A stretch of 24,052 nt of DNA from NCBI GenBank assembly GCA_034440375.1, contig JAWXBZ010000027.1:1-24052 (forward strand), written 5' to 3'. The notes under the pieces were generated by a model. The model made no database searches. It was given only the letters and a program-made list of their open reading frames with translations, and was not told the origin of the DNA. The DNA is from Candidatus Eiseniibacteriota bacterium. Its GTDB lineage: Bacteria > Eisenbacteria > RBG-16-71-46 > JABDJR01 > JAWXBZ01. Position numbers and translations under genes: made by a program. Every line of letters begins with the position of its first letter. Within the stretch, counting starts at the first letter, position 1. Of the stretch, positions 1-9,472 are shown piece by piece.

Positions 1-1369
1 CGCCGACGCCGATCAGTTTCTGGAGAATCGATTCTTCCCGTGCAATCAGAAAAGAGTCGATCCGCCGCGACCAGTCGGCAGCCTCGCGCACCAGTTCCGC
101 CTCGTTCAGTGTCGTCAACTGCCCGGAACGTAGAAGCCACTTGCCGTTGCACATCACATCGGTGACGTCAGTCGATTTGGAGGAGTAAACGATCCGCGAA
201 TAGAGGCCATTCGGATCGCGCTCGAAGCTCGGCTGGTTATGCAGCGGGGACAGGTCGACCAGGATCAGATCGGCCCGCTTGCCGACTTCAAGCGAACCGG
301 TCAGATCGCCGAGATGCAGCGCCTTCGCGCCGAACCGGGTGGCCATCGCCACGGCCAGGCGGGCGGGGAGTGCGGTCGGATCGCCGGTTGTCCCCTTGGC
401 CAGGAAGGCCGCCAGGCGCATCTCTTCGAACATGTCCAGATCGTTGTTGCTGGCCGGCCCGTCGGTGCCGAGGCCGACATTGAGCCCCGCTTCCAGCATC
501 TTCATGACCGGCGCAATCCCCGAGGCCAGCTTCAGGTTGCTGGATGGGTTGTGGGAGACGCCGGCGCCGGCGTTCTTCAGCGTCCGCATTTCCCCCTCGT
601 CGATGTGAACGCAATGAGCCGCCACCAGCTTGGCATCCAGCAGCTTCTGCTTCTTGACCCACGGGATGACCGGCATCCCGCGCTCCTTCCGCGAGTTTTC
701 GACCTCGAGGAGCGTTTCGGAGAGATGGGTAAGCAACGGCACGTCGAACTCCACGGCCAGTTCGGCGGTGGCCTGCAGGATCTCCGGCGTGCAGGTGTAC
801 GGGGCGTGAGGCGCCGGGGCGGGCACGATCAGCGGATGGTTCTTCCACTTCTGGATGAACTCCCGGGCCAGTGCCAGCGAATCTTCGTAACTGGCCGCAT
901 CCGGCGTGGGAAACTTGAGAATCGTCTGCCCGCAAATGGCCCGCAGACCCGCATCGGCCGTGGCCCTGGCCACCGATTCCTCGAAGTAGTACATGTCGGC
1001 GAAGCAGGTGCACCCGGATCGGATCAGCTCGGCGGCGGCCAGCTTCGTCCCCAGTGTCACAAACTCCGGGCTCACGAACTCGCGCTCGACCGGCATGACA
1101 TACCCAAGCAGCCAGACATCCAGCCGCAGGTCGTCCGCCAGCCCCCGCAGCAGCGTCATCGGCACATGGGTGTGGGCGTTGATGAGGCCCGGCATCAGGA
1201 TCTTGCCGCCGCAATCAATCGTCTCGGCCGCCTGATACCCGGCCGCTTCCGGCCCCACCGCCACGATCGTCGATCCCGTAATCGCGACGGCGCCATTCCG
1301 GTGGATCGTGAACTCGTCGTCCATGGTCAACACGGACGCATTTGTGAGCTTGAGATCGCAGGTCGTCAT
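1..1369 (-). CDS. Metal-dependent amidohydrolase, MtaD/SAH-MTA deaminase-like; 3' end runs off the window
   Basis: Manual translation from ATG 1369: MTTCDLKLTNASVLTMDDEF...KILMPGLINAHTHVPMTLLRGLADDLRLDVWLLGYVMPVERE. It has the HxH metal motif and GGAGGGG RBS upstream. The frame reads ...IDSFLIAREESILQKLIGVG at the edge. Absent from the ORF track, presumably because it has no stop in the window. Confidence 0.9.
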   Translation of the reverse strand, partial: MTTCDLKLTNASVLTMDDEFTIHRNGAVAITGSTIVAVGPEAAGYQAAETIDCGGKILMPGLINAHTHVPMTLLRGLADDLRLDVWLLGYVMPVEREFVSPEFVTLGTKLAAAELIRSGCTCFADMYYFEESVARATADAGLRAICGQTILKFPTPDAASYEDSLALAREFIQKWKNHPLIVPAPAPHAPYTCTPEILQATAELAVEFDVPLLTHLSETLLEVENSRKERGMPVIPWVKKQKLLDAKLVAAHCVHIDEGEMRTLKNAGAGVSHNPSSNLKLASGIAPVMKMLEAGLNVGLGTDGPASNNDLDMFEEMRLAAFLAKGTTGDPTALPARLAVAMATRFGAKALHLGDLTGSLEVGKRADLILVDLSPLHNQPSFERDPNGLYSRIVYSSKSTDVTDVMCNGKWLLRSGQLTTLNEAELVREAADWSRRIDSFLIAREESILQKLIGVG

Positions 1370-1405
1370 CCGATCGGCCCCTCCAGCGTGTCGAAAAGTT
1401 GCCGG

Positions 1406-1411
1406 AGTATA
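1406..1411 (-). promoter_or_regulatory. Putative -10 element (TATACT) for the amidohydrolase
   Basis: agtata on + reads TATACT on -, about 36 nt upstream of ATG 1369, in an otherwise GC-rich spacer. Confidence 0.4.
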
Positions 1412-1445
1412 CCCCGCGGAGTGGCCGGATGCCCTGGCCTCCGGC

Positions 1446-1482
1446 TTGACGGCTACCGGTGGGTCGGAGCTAGAGTTGGGGG
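1446..1482 (+). promoter_or_regulatory. Putative sigma70 promoter giving a leaderless lipoprotein mRNA
   Basis: TTGACG (1446-1451), a somewhat long 19-nt spacer, TAGAGT (1471-1476), then 6 nt to GTG 1483. Confidence 0.4.
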
Positions 1483-1875
1483 GTGTCGACTCGAAACACG
1501 TACGTAGCGGCCACCCTCATGGCGATCTCCCTGGCGATTTCCGCCTGCGAGGACAAGGGCGCCACGCCGCCGCCGCCATCGTTGGCAGGGGACTGGACCG
1601 TCACGAACGAGACGAGCCGCGTCGAATCGCTCCTCGAACTGGATCATCGCGGCGACAACCTGACCGGCTTCTGGCATCCCGGTGTGCTGTCGATCCGGGT
1701 CACCGGCCACATCACCTCCTCCAACGAGTTCAGGCTGACCGGCCAGTCCAACAATCGGACCTACGTCTTCGACGCCGAGGCCAATGACGGTCTCTCCCGT
1801 TTCGCGGGTTCGCTCAGCGTCTACGACGTCCGCGGAGATCGGGTGTCGTTGCAGATGATTTCGGGGCGGCGTTAG
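1483..1875 (+). CDS. Small hypothetical lipoprotein, beta-rich
   Basis: Signal peptide with lipobox ISA-C, Pro linker (TPPPPS), LAGDW motif followed by alternating beta-strand pattern; strong GC3 bias. Confidence 0.8.
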   Translation: MSTRNTYVAATLMAISLAISACEDKGATPPPPSLAGDWTVTNETSRVESLLELDHRGDNLTGFWHPGVLSIRVTGHITSSNEFRLTGQSNNRTYVFDAEANDGLSRFAGSLSVYDVRGDRVSLQMISGRR

Positions 1876-1995
1876 GGCGGGGGCCAGCCCACCCGAACGG
1901 GCCCGCCCCGCACTTTCCATCCGCCCCGATTTCCGACATCATGTCCGGCTACCGGGCGTATCCGGTCGGCCGCTCTCACCATGAGGATCACGGAC

Positions 1996-2055
1996 ATGCT
2001 TCGTCGCCCCAACAACTACAGCTTCATGGCCAGCGGCGTCGTCATCGAGCCATGA
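1996..2055 (+). CDS. Putative 19-aa small ORF (MLRRPNNYSFMASGVVIEP)
   Basis: GAGGA at 1983-1987, 8 nt before the ATG. Almost all codons end in C or G. The TGA overlaps the next ATG (ATGA 2052-2055). An alternative in-frame ATG lies at 1981. Confidence 0.45.
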   Translation: MLRRPNNYSFMASGVVIEP

Positions 2056-2687
2056 TCGGGTCCGGGCTGGCCGCCGCCCTGGAACCGGTCTCCCGCTTTG
2101 GCGGGATCGCGATTTTTCTCGTTCAAGCCGGGCTCATTGCCGTGCTGTTCCGGGCCATGGCGGTCTTTCGCACCGAGATTCGCAAGGTCGATACCCTGGT
2201 GTCGGAGTATGTCCGTTGTCGCGATTACCTCCTGGCTTCCCGTCGCCCCTCGGAAGAAAGCGACTGGCGGAATACCGACGCCGGCGCCTTCCGGGAAGCC
2301 TGGGCCAACTTCAACCACCAGCTTGAGACGATTCGAAAGCGCTACGCCCGCGCGGTTCGCCATACGGGCTGGCTCCTTGGTCTCCTGCTTGTTTTCCTGG
2401 TGGCGGCGATCATCGTATGGATGATCGGCCTGCCGTCCGCGGAGGGACCGCTCCGATGGATGACGCCGCTCGGGGCGGCGGCCACCGGGCTCTTTCTCTG
2501 GGGGGCGGCCTGGGCATCGCTGCGCGCCCAGCACCAGCTCATGCGCACGAGAACCGACGGCAACTACCTCATCGCGCCCTGGCCGATCGACGGTGGTTCC
2601 GCCGATCGACACCTGTCACTCCTGGATAAATTTCTGCCGGTCGAGCCGATTCGGCCGGAGGGCGACGCGGCCACGGAGGTCGTCTGA
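2052..2687 (+). CDS. Hypothetical membrane protein, about 3 TM helices
   Basis: ORF 1941..2687 with likely start at ATG 2052. Hydrophobic segments FGGIAIFLVQAGLIAVLF, WLLGLLLVFLVAAIIVWMIGL and LGAAATGLFLWGAAWA. Confidence 0.7.
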   Translation: MIGSGLAAALEPVSRFGGIAIFLVQAGLIAVLFRAMAVFRTEIRKVDTLVSEYVRCRDYLLASRRPSEESDWRNTDAGAFREAWANFNHQLETIRKRYARAVRHTGWLLGLLLVFLVAAIIVWMIGLPSAEGPLRWMTPLGAAATGLFLWGAAWASLRAQHQLMRTRTDGNYLIAPWPIDGGSADRHLSLLDKFLPVEPIRPEGDAATEVV

Positions 2688-2731
2688 GCGAAATCGGGAC
2701 CGATCTCCGCTACTTCGGAGGTCAGCTCTCT

Positions 2732-4741
2732 TTGTGGCTCGCGCTGGATACTCTTCGCCGCAAGGTGGCCGCGCGGCGGGATCGAGCCCGTGCCGGCCGC
2801 GAGGTCCTTCGACTGGCCGGCGCATCGCCGACCGATCTGCTGGGTGGAGGGTCCTTCGAGGACCTGGCCACCCGAACAGGCCCGCGCTGGCCCTCGGCCT
2901 CCGACGCCGGCGGCGATTTTGCCGGTCACTTCCCGGGGGTTTCCGCCGCGATCCTCACCGAGGCCGATCTCCTCCTGACGGGACAACTCCGATTGTTCGG
3001 CGTTCAGCACGACGTGGCCGTGAGCCCGCCGGCGCCACTCGATGAGGCCAGACGACTCCGGCTTGATTGGAACTACCGGCCAACGGGGCCCGACTACGAA
3101 CTCTTCCAGGCCGATCCCAAGTTTCCATGGGAGGTGGCGCGGATGGCCGTTCTGCCGCGCCTGGCTCTCGCGCATCACCTGTCCGGGCGCGGGCGATACG
3201 CGCAGGCGGCAGCGGCCATTGTTCAGGATTGGGCGGCACAGCCGATTGGCGAGGGGTTGCACTTCACGAGCGCGCTCGAAGTCGGCATCCGTCTGATCGC
3301 CCTTTGTCAGGCGTTTCATTTCCTGGGTGGCGTGGAGAGGTTTCGCGGGACGCCCCTCGCCGCGCTGGTTCGGCGCATCGCTGTCGAGGCGGCCTGGCTC
3401 CAGGGACACCGATCGAACGAGCGGGTGGTGGCCGGCAATCATCTGCTGGGCGAACTGGCCGGACTCGTGGTCGTCGATCTTGTCTTTCCTGAGTTTCAGG
3501 AGGAGGCCCGGCTTGCGGAAAACCTCAGCCTCTTCGCCCGCGCGTTCGAGGAGCAGGTGGCGTCGGACGGAGTCAGCCGGGAACAGTCGGCCACCTACGG
3601 CCGTTTCGTCGCTGATCTTGCCGCGGTTGTCCTGGCCACGGCCTCCGCAGCCGGGCACCCGGTGCCGACGGGTCTGTCCGATCGGGCCGCTGCCCTGGCC
3701 GTCTGGCTGGCCACGCTGACCCGACCCGACGGGCACCTGCCGATCATCGGTGACAACGACAGCGGCCGCGGCGTCGATTGGGCCGAACCGGGAGGATCGG
3801 ATGATGCGCGCGGCGTCATCCTGGCGCTGTCGGTGCTGACCGGGCGATCGGAGCCGCTCGACGCCCTGGGACCGTTGGCCGTCGGGGTCGCTGACCCGCA
3901 AAGAGGCGCTGAGCTGGTCTGGTGGTACTTAGGACCCGACGGCCTGGCCCGACTCCGCGGGATGTTGGCCCAACCGGCGAAGTGGTCTCCGGCCGTTCGC
4001 CGGTTTCCCATCGGCGGGTATGCAGTCTTGCATGGCGGATCCGGCTCAGGCATCGACCATCTCGTGGTCCGATGCGGTCCGTTCGGCCACGGTCTCCCCA
4101 AACCGTCGGCCCACAGCCATGCGGATTTCATGGCACCAATCCTCACGCTGGCCGGCCACGAGCTGCTCGTTGATGCGGGCAATTTCAACTACACCACGGC
4201 GGGCGGGACTCGTGACGCCTTTCGAGTGGAGGAGGCCCATGGCGCCCTCTCCTTCGGAGGCGCGCCAATGGCCGTCCCCGGTTCCCCGTTTCGCTGGAAT
4301 GACATACCACCTGCGGGAAATCTGACAATCGATCATCCCGACGCCGATACCATCCGTATCACCGGAAACTGGCGAACCACCGGTGGCCGGGGGCGGTCGG
4401 TGGCCGCCCGGCGGGTCATCGACTACAATCGTTCGCGATCCCTGTTGGAGATCAAGGACGATTGGGCCGTCGGCGGCACTTTGCCTTCCTCGGTGTTACA
4501 GCGCTGGTGCCTGCCGGCCGGAGCCGAAGTGACCGAAGTTGCCGCAGGGACCGGTTTCGAGGTCCGAACCCCCGGCGGCGCACTTTTTCAGTTTCAGATC
4601 GAACCAGCCGGCGATATCGGCGTGGAACGACGTTCCGTGGCCCCTGGCTACGCGGTACTACGGGATGCGCCGATGGTGATCGTGACGCGGCCGGGCAGCG
4701 AAGGCGGGCCTTTGACGACGACGATTCGACCGATCGGCTGA
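2732..4741 (+). CDS. Heparinase II/III family (alginate-lyase-like) protein
   Basis: Motifs [39 protein letters not shown] and RDAFR..AH. GGAGGT RBS at 2717-2722 precedes the TTG start. Confidence 0.85.
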   Translation: MWLALDTLRRKVAARRDRARAGREVLRLAGASPTDLLGGGSFEDLATRTGPRWPSASDAGGDFAGHFPGVSAAILTEADLLLTGQLRLFGVQHDVAVSPPAPLDEARRLRLDWNYRPTGPDYELFQADPKFPWEVARMAVLPRLALAHHLSGRGRYAQAAAAIVQDWAAQPIGEGLHFTSALEVGIRLIALCQAFHFLGGVERFRGTPLAALVRRIAVEAAWLQGHRSNERVVAGNHLLGELAGLVVVDLVFPEFQEEARLAENLSLFARAFEEQVASDGVSREQSATYGRFVADLAAVVLATASAAGHPVPTGLSDRAAALAVWLATLTRPDGHLPIIGDNDSGRGVDWAEPGGSDDARGVILALSVLTGRSEPLDALGPLAVGVADPQRGAELVWWYLGPDGLARLRGMLAQPAKWSPAVRRFPIGGYAVLHGGSGSGIDHLVVRCGPFGHGLPKPSAHSHADFMAPILTLAGHELLVDAGNFNYTTAGGTRDAFRVEEAHGALSFGGAPMAVPGSPFRWNDIPPAGNLTIDHPDADTIRITGNWRTTGGRGRSVAARRVIDYNRSRSLLEIKDDWAVGGTLPSSVLQRWCLPAGAEVTEVAAGTGFEVRTPGGALFQFQIEPAGDIGVERRSVAPGYAVLRDAPMVIVTRPGSEGGPLTTTIRPIG

Positions 4742-4800
4742 GTCGGGACATCAGCCAACCGGACAGAAATCCTGACCCATCAACCGGGAGACATCGAGCG

Positions 4801-5742
4801 GTGAATATCCTGATCACCGGCGTGGCCGGCTTCATCGGCAGTCATCTGGCCGACTTCCTTCTGGCCAGGGGCCACCGGGTCATCGGCATGGACAACCTGC
4901 TGACCGGCTCGACCGACAACATCGCTCATATCCGGGATCCGAATTTCACGTTCATCCAGTACGACGTCACCAACTTCGTCTACGTCGAAGACCCGCTCGA
5001 CTACGTGCTGCACTTCGCCAGCCCGGCCAGCCCGATCGACTACCTCAAGTGGCCGATCGCCACGCTAAAGGTGGGCGCATACGGCACACATCATGCCCTC
5101 GGACTGGCGCGGGCCAAGGGGGCCAGGTTCCTGGTGGCCTCCACCTCTGAAACCTACGGCGATCCGATGATCCACCCGCAGCCGGAAACCTACTGGGGAA
5201 ACGTGAACCCGATCGGTGTGCGTGGAGTGTATGACGAGGCCAAGCGCTTTGCCGAGGCCATGACCATGGCCTACCACCGCTACAAGGGAGTCGATACCCG
5301 GATCGTCCGGATCTTCAACACGTTCGGTCCGCGCATGCGCAAGGATGACGGCCGCGCCGTGCCGACCTTCATCAACCAGGCGCTGCACGGCGAACCGCTC
5401 ACCGTCTTCGGAGACGGCAGCCAGACCCGCTCGTTCGGCTACATCACCGATCTCGTCGAGGGGTTGTACGCCCTGATGCAGTCGGACGAACACGAGCCGG
5501 TCAACATCGGTAATCCAGAGGAGATGACGGTCAGGGAGATGGCGGAGACGATCATCGCCATCATGAAGTCATCGAGTCCGATCATCTACAAGCCGCTCCC
5601 CGAGGACGATCCGAAGGTGCGGCAGCCCGATATCTCCAAGGCCAAGCGCGTACTCGGCTGGGAACCGAAAGTGCCGGTGAAGGAGGGGCTCATCCGGACC
5701 ATCGAGTGGTTCGTGGCGAACCATGGGAGCGCCCGCGCGTGA
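4801..5742 (+). CDS. uxs: UDP-glucuronic acid decarboxylase (UDP-xylose synthase) family SDR
   Basis: GTG 4801 start gives [15 protein letters not shown], with [40 protein letters not shown] and [21 protein letters not shown] upstream. Confidence 0.93.
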   Translation: MNILITGVAGFIGSHLADFLLARGHRVIGMDNLLTGSTDNIAHIRDPNFTFIQYDVTNFVYVEDPLDYVLHFASPASPIDYLKWPIATLKVGAYGTHHALGLARAKGARFLVASTSETYGDPMIHPQPETYWGNVNPIGVRGVYDEAKRFAEAMTMAYHRYKGVDTRIVRIFNTFGPRMRKDDGRAVPTFINQALHGEPLTVFGDGSQTRSFGYITDLVEGLYALMQSDEHEPVNIGNPEEMTVREMAETIIAIMKSSSPIIYKPLPEDDPKVRQPDISKAKRVLGWEPKVPVKEGLIRTIEWFVANHGSARA

Positions 5743-6464
5743 CGGCAAAAGCCCTCGTCATTGTTCCGACATACAACGAGGCCGACAACGTCCGCGAACT
5801 CGTGCCGGCCATCCTGGGTCAGGGGCCGCACTACGAGGTCCTGATCGTCGACGATAATTCGACTGACGGCACCGGCAACATCATCGAGGAACTGCGGGTC
5901 ACCGAACCGCGCCTCCACTGCCTGCACCGCCCCGGCAAGATGGGTCTCGGCACCGCCTACCGCGATGGCTTCAAGTGGGCGCTGGCCCGCGATTACGAAT
6001 TCATCTACGAGATGGACGCCGATTTCAGCCACGACCCCGACAGCCTGCCCGAATTCATCCGGGTGGCGGAAGAGTCGGGGGCCGACCTGGTGCTGGGCAG
6101 CCGCTATCTGAATGGTGTCACCGTCGTGAACTGGCCGCTGTCCCGGCTCATTCTGTCGTACGGCGCCAACGTCTACACGCGGCTCATTACCTGGATGCCG
6201 GTCAATGACGCCACCGGCGGTTTCAAGTGCTTCCGCCGAAAGGTGCTGGCATCCCTCGATCTCGACAGCGTCAAGTCCGACGGCTACGGCTTCCAGATCG
6301 AGATGTCCTTCAAGGCCTGGCGCAAGGGTTTCCACTTGAAGGAAATCGCCATCACCTTCACGGATCGCCGCGTCGGCGTCTCCAAGATGAACGGCCGCAT
6401 CATCCGCGAGGCGATGTGGCTGGTCTGGTGGTTGCGGCTGTCGGCTTTGATGGGGCGGATCTAG
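5739..6464 (+). CDS. Polyprenol monophosphomannose synthase (Ppm1/DPM1-like GT2)
   Basis: [69 protein letters not shown] overlap with the uxs stop. Confidence 0.92.
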   Translation: MTAKALVIVPTYNEADNVRELVPAILGQGPHYEVLIVDDNSTDGTGNIIEELRVTEPRLHCLHRPGKMGLGTAYRDGFKWALARDYEFIYEMDADFSHDPDSLPEFIRVAEESGADLVLGSRYLNGVTVVNWPLSRLILSYGANVYTRLITWMPVNDATGGFKCFRRKVLASLDLDSVKSDGYGFQIEMSFKAWRKGFHLKEIAITFTDRRVGVSKMNGRIIREAMWLVWWLRLSALMGRI

Positions 6465-6507
6465 TCTTGCCACCCGCGATTCGTCTGCTCCGCGACTCGA
6501 CGTGCGC

Positions 6508-6870
6508 ATGTCCGACATCCTGATTCTTCACGAGCCCATCGACGCCGAAACACTGGATCAACTGGCGGCCATGTACCATGGCGACATGGTCAAATATGTC
6601 GTCGACCTTGAGCGGTCCATCATCGCCATCGGCGGGGAGTTTCATGCCGATGCCAAAGCGATCCTGCTCGAGGAGGGTAGTCGGCACCCGGATCTGTGGG
6701 GGGCGAACTACTACCCGGGACAGCCCGAGGCCACCTGTATTGAATACACGTCGCTGATCAACATCTCACCGGCTCGCGGCAACCCGGGGATGGAATTGTT
6801 CGACACGGAACTGCGGGATCGGGTTCGTGAAGCGACCTACCGGCTGATCGGTCGCGGGAAGTCGGTCTAG
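6508..6870 (+). CDS. DUF5674 family protein
   Basis: MVKYVVDLE..IAIGGEFHADA..LLEEGS...LWGAN, IEYTSLINISP..GN matches the family pattern as I recall it. Start is ATG 6508 or GTG 6502. Confidence 0.8.
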   Translation: MSDILILHEPIDAETLDQLAAMYHGDMVKYVVDLERSIIAIGGEFHADAKAILLEEGSRHPDLWGANYYPGQPEATCIEYTSLINISPARGNPGMELFDTELRDRVREATYRLIGRGKSV

Positions 6871-6873
6871 TCG

Positions 6874-7218
6874 ATGCAACACGCCAACCTGACCGCGGAG
6901 CGATGGTCCCAATTCTCACTGGGTCAGCAGCTGTTGATGATCGCCAACGAGATGAATCGCGCCGCGCGCTTTTACGGCCCTCCGGACCGGTCAAGCCTGC
7001 AGTTGTCGCTGGAACGCGTGCTGAACCTGGTGGACGCGACGGTGTCAGCCACGACCCGCCCAGGGCTCCGACGTGAGCTGCTAAGGTGGCGTGACCTCGT
7101 GGCCCGGGAGTACATCGCCGCCGAACCCGACAGGACTCGGCACCTTGTCAACTTTCGAGCGCTCCTGATGCTTCATCCGGATACCTATCTCCAGGTCCGG
7201 GCGGGCCTTCTGGATTAA
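6874..7218 (+). CDS. Conserved hypothetical helical protein, partner of DUF5674
   Basis: Starts 3 nt after the previous stop. RW..FSL.QQL.MIANE..RA...LRRELLRWRD pattern; appears all-alpha. Confidence 0.75.
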   Translation: MQHANLTAERWSQFSLGQQLLMIANEMNRAARFYGPPDRSSLQLSLERVLNLVDATVSATTRPGLRRELLRWRDLVAREYIAAEPDRTRHLVNFRALLMLHPDTYLQVRAGLLD

Positions 7219-7536
7219 TCAGGCAAAGGGCCGGCGTGAATCGTTCCTGGTCGGGGAACCGATACCGGGTCCCAGGCTTGAAAGCGGACGCGGCCGTCGA
7301 TCAGCCCGCCAGTCGGATGGCGTCGAGGTGGGTGAGGAGGCTCGATCGGGTGAGGGCCACTCTGCGTTCTGCGAGCCGACTGGCTTGTCTTTCCCAATCG
7401 AGTGTACGGAGACACTCGACACGAGTGATCGCGCTGGCAAGGGCATCATCGAGCCCGGTAGGCGGGCCCGTTCACTATCCCGTTGGCGGAGAAGGATATC
7501 CATTGTCGTCGAGGGGGCGGATTCGCCTTCCACAGG

Positions 7537-7625
7537 ATTAGGTTGCAACTTCCTAATTATTTGTTAAACTCCCCGACAACGGGGTCTGTTTGATTTGATT
7601 GGAATCACCTGCCATTCATACATCT
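7537..7625 (+). promoter_or_regulatory. AT-rich promoter region with dyad symmetry upstream of the choice-of-anchor L gene
   Basis: Local AT enrichment. ATTAGG (7537-7542) and CCTAAT (7552-7557) form an inverted pair around the palindrome GTTGCAAC (7542-7549). Confidence 0.4.
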
Positions 7626-7728
7626 GCGCCCCGCCATCATACGACATCAGTCGAGATTCGCCGGCCGCGAAGCGAGATTGCCGTTGCCGCCCGGCACGAA
7701 GTCCCTTCGCCCGAATGATGGAGGTAAC

Positions 7729-8677
7729 ATGTCCCGTCGTGCCCAATCCCACCTCGCCCTGCCTGTCCGCACGCTGGTCCTCGGACTGGCGGCCTTGGCA
7801 GCGACATCCACCCTGACCCTGGCCGAGTCACGCAAGAGCCCCCTGGAGCCGGGGAAGAGCTCCAACTGGGTCCCCAGCGGCGGGCCCACCGGTTTCTCGG
7901 TTCACACCAACGCCACCGCGGCGGAACTGATCGGCTGCCTGCTCGGCAGCGACGTGACTGTCAGCAACGTGGTGATGAACGGCGCGCCGCTGGCCTACGG
8001 CACCTTCACCGGTGGCGGCGCGGTCCTGGGCTTCGACGCCGGAATCATCCTCAGCACCGGCAATCCCGCCTCGATCGCCGGACCCAATCAGTTTGACAAC
8101 ACCTCCACCGCCCTGAATCAGCCGGGGGATGCGAATCTCGACGCGCTCCTCACGGGGACGTCGACACTCGACGCCACCGTTCTCGAATTCGACTTCTCCT
8201 GCGCCACGGCGCAGCAGATTTCGTTCCAGTACGTCTTCGCGTCCGAGGAGTACAACGAGTATGTGAACGATGTCTACAACGACGTCTTCGCCTTCTTCCT
8301 GAATGGAAACGCCGTGGCCAACAACATCGCCACGGTTCCGGCCTACTGTGCGGCGCCCGGAATTCCGGTGACCATCAACAACGTCAACTGCAACAATCCG
8401 TTCAATCCTCCGACCGGATCGAACTGCGGCTGCTACCGCAACAACGATCTGCAGGACGGCGGGGGAGCAATCGATACGGAGATGGACGGTCTGACCGTGA
8501 CCTTCGTCGCGACCGCTGCCATCAACCCGGGTGTCAATCACATCAAGCTGGCGATCGCGGATGCCGGCGACGATGTCTGGGACTTCGAACGTCATGATCC
8601 GCTGCCAGAGCTTCATCTGTGGTTCCGTGCCGACCTTGCCGAGCACCTGGGGACGGATCAAGACCCTGCTCGACTGA
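7729..8677 (+). pseudogene. Secreted choice-of-anchor L domain protein with a +1 frameshift near the 3' end; the corrected C-terminus carries a TWGRIK tail
   Basis: GGAGGT RBS, ATG 7729 and a signal peptide. Motifs GIILSTG, DATVLEFDF, FQYVFASEEYNEY, NDVFAFFLNG, EMDGLTV and HIKLAIADAGD. Removing one T at 8584/8585 gives ...DVWDSNVMIRCQSFICGSVPTLPSTWGRIKTLLD* (TGA 8675-8677). The unshifted ORF runs on to 8814 through the terminator. Confidence 0.82.
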
Positions 8678-8750
8678 GTGGGGCCGAGCGATCGATTTTC
8701 CGTCACGGCGCGGAGTCTTCCGTGACCGGATCGAGTTGTCAATCAACCGG

Positions 8751-8786
8751 GACCCCGCCCCCTCCATGGGAGCGGGGTCGCTTTCC
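8751..8786 (+). terminator. Probable intrinsic terminator
   Basis: Stem GACCCCGC (8751-8758) / GCGGGGTC (8772-8779) followed by gctttcc. A second hairpin GTCACGG/CCGTGAC lies at 8702-8726. Confidence 0.55.
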
Positions 8787-8798
8787 GTTGGCCCCCGT

Positions 8799-9309
8799 CA
8801 TGCTATCCCCTTGACCGCCAATGGTATCCGTCGGCATCGTCAATTTCAGGACCCCGGAGCATCCCGATGTCCAACTGATCGAGAGCCCGACCAACCGGGG
8901 CTTCGCCGCCGGGGTCAACCTGGGGCTGGCCCGGGCTTCGGGTGAGCATCTCCTGGTCCTGAACCCGGACATCGTGGTCCACCCGGGAAGCATCGACCGG
9001 CTGGTCGATTTCATGGCCGCCCATCCGCAGGCAGGACTCGTGGCGGCCAAACTGCTCAACCCGGACGGCACGCTGCAGCCGACCTGCCGGACCCGCTATA
9101 CCGTGAAGACGATCCTGCTCCGGCGCACGATCCTGGGGAAACTCTTTCCGAACGATCGCACGCTGCGCGAGCACCTGATGCTCGACTACGACCATGCCAC
9201 GCCGCGCAATGTCGACTGGGTGGCGGGGGCCTGCCTGATGGTGCGGTGGGAGGCGCTGGAAGAAGTCGGGCCGATGGACGAGCGCTACTTGCTCTGGCGC
9301 GCCGCTACC
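8799..9309 (+). pseudogene. Decayed duplicate of the promoter and 5' part of the GT2 fusion gene at 11616
   Basis: Aligns with about 11594-12405. It lacks 117 bp in frame (11655-11771, containing ILVVDNASGD) and a further 184 bp (12208-12391). A 17-bp exact match 9293-9309 = 12389-12405 marks the end. Confidence 0.9.
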
Positions 9310-9322
9310 TCGCGCGTCAGCA

Positions 9323-9472
9323 TCACGCGGCCACATCGGCAGGCAGCACCTTGAGCGCCACCTCGCGGCCGAGTCGCAGGTCCCGGGCGCGATTCACCTC
9401 TCCCATGCCGCCGGCGCCCAGAGACGCGACGATCTCGTAGGTGCCAAGGCGGGTGCCGGGAGACAAGACCAT
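9323..9472 (-). pseudogene. Truncated Hanks-type Ser/Thr protein kinase (subdomains I-II only)
   Basis: Manual translation: [49 protein letters not shown]. It has the GxGGMGEV loop and VALK lysine, and stops after 49 aa. Confidence 0.88.

Noticed and set aside
239-1507. 422-aa + strand ORF (and 288..1214 on -)
   Set aside because: Antisense or off-frame shadows of the amidohydrolase, which has clear motifs in another minus frame.
1875-1918. GGGCGGG/CCCGCCC hairpin as a terminator
   Set aside because: The 20-nt loop and weak U-tract are not convincing in GC-rich sequence.
2564-3901. 445-aa minus ORF and other long antisense ORFs (5586-6518, 7828-8742, 10673-11887, 12045-13088, 15133-16032, 16511-17398)
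   Set aside because: They lie opposite well-supported genes and show no motifs. High GC3 suppresses antisense stop codons.
8575-8595. Programmed frameshift or phase variation at the choice-of-anchor L shift site
   Set aside because: There is no slippery heptamer or homopolymer (just TT). A point insertion or sequencing error is simpler.
8678-8814. C-terminal extension of ORF 7678..8814
   Set aside because: It results from the frameshift at 8584/8585, runs through the terminator and lacks family-like sequence.
8821-9354. 177-aa ORF as a functional stand-alone GT2
   Set aside because: It lacks the VVDNAS and FEDVD motifs, and its tail reads into the antisense kinase stub.
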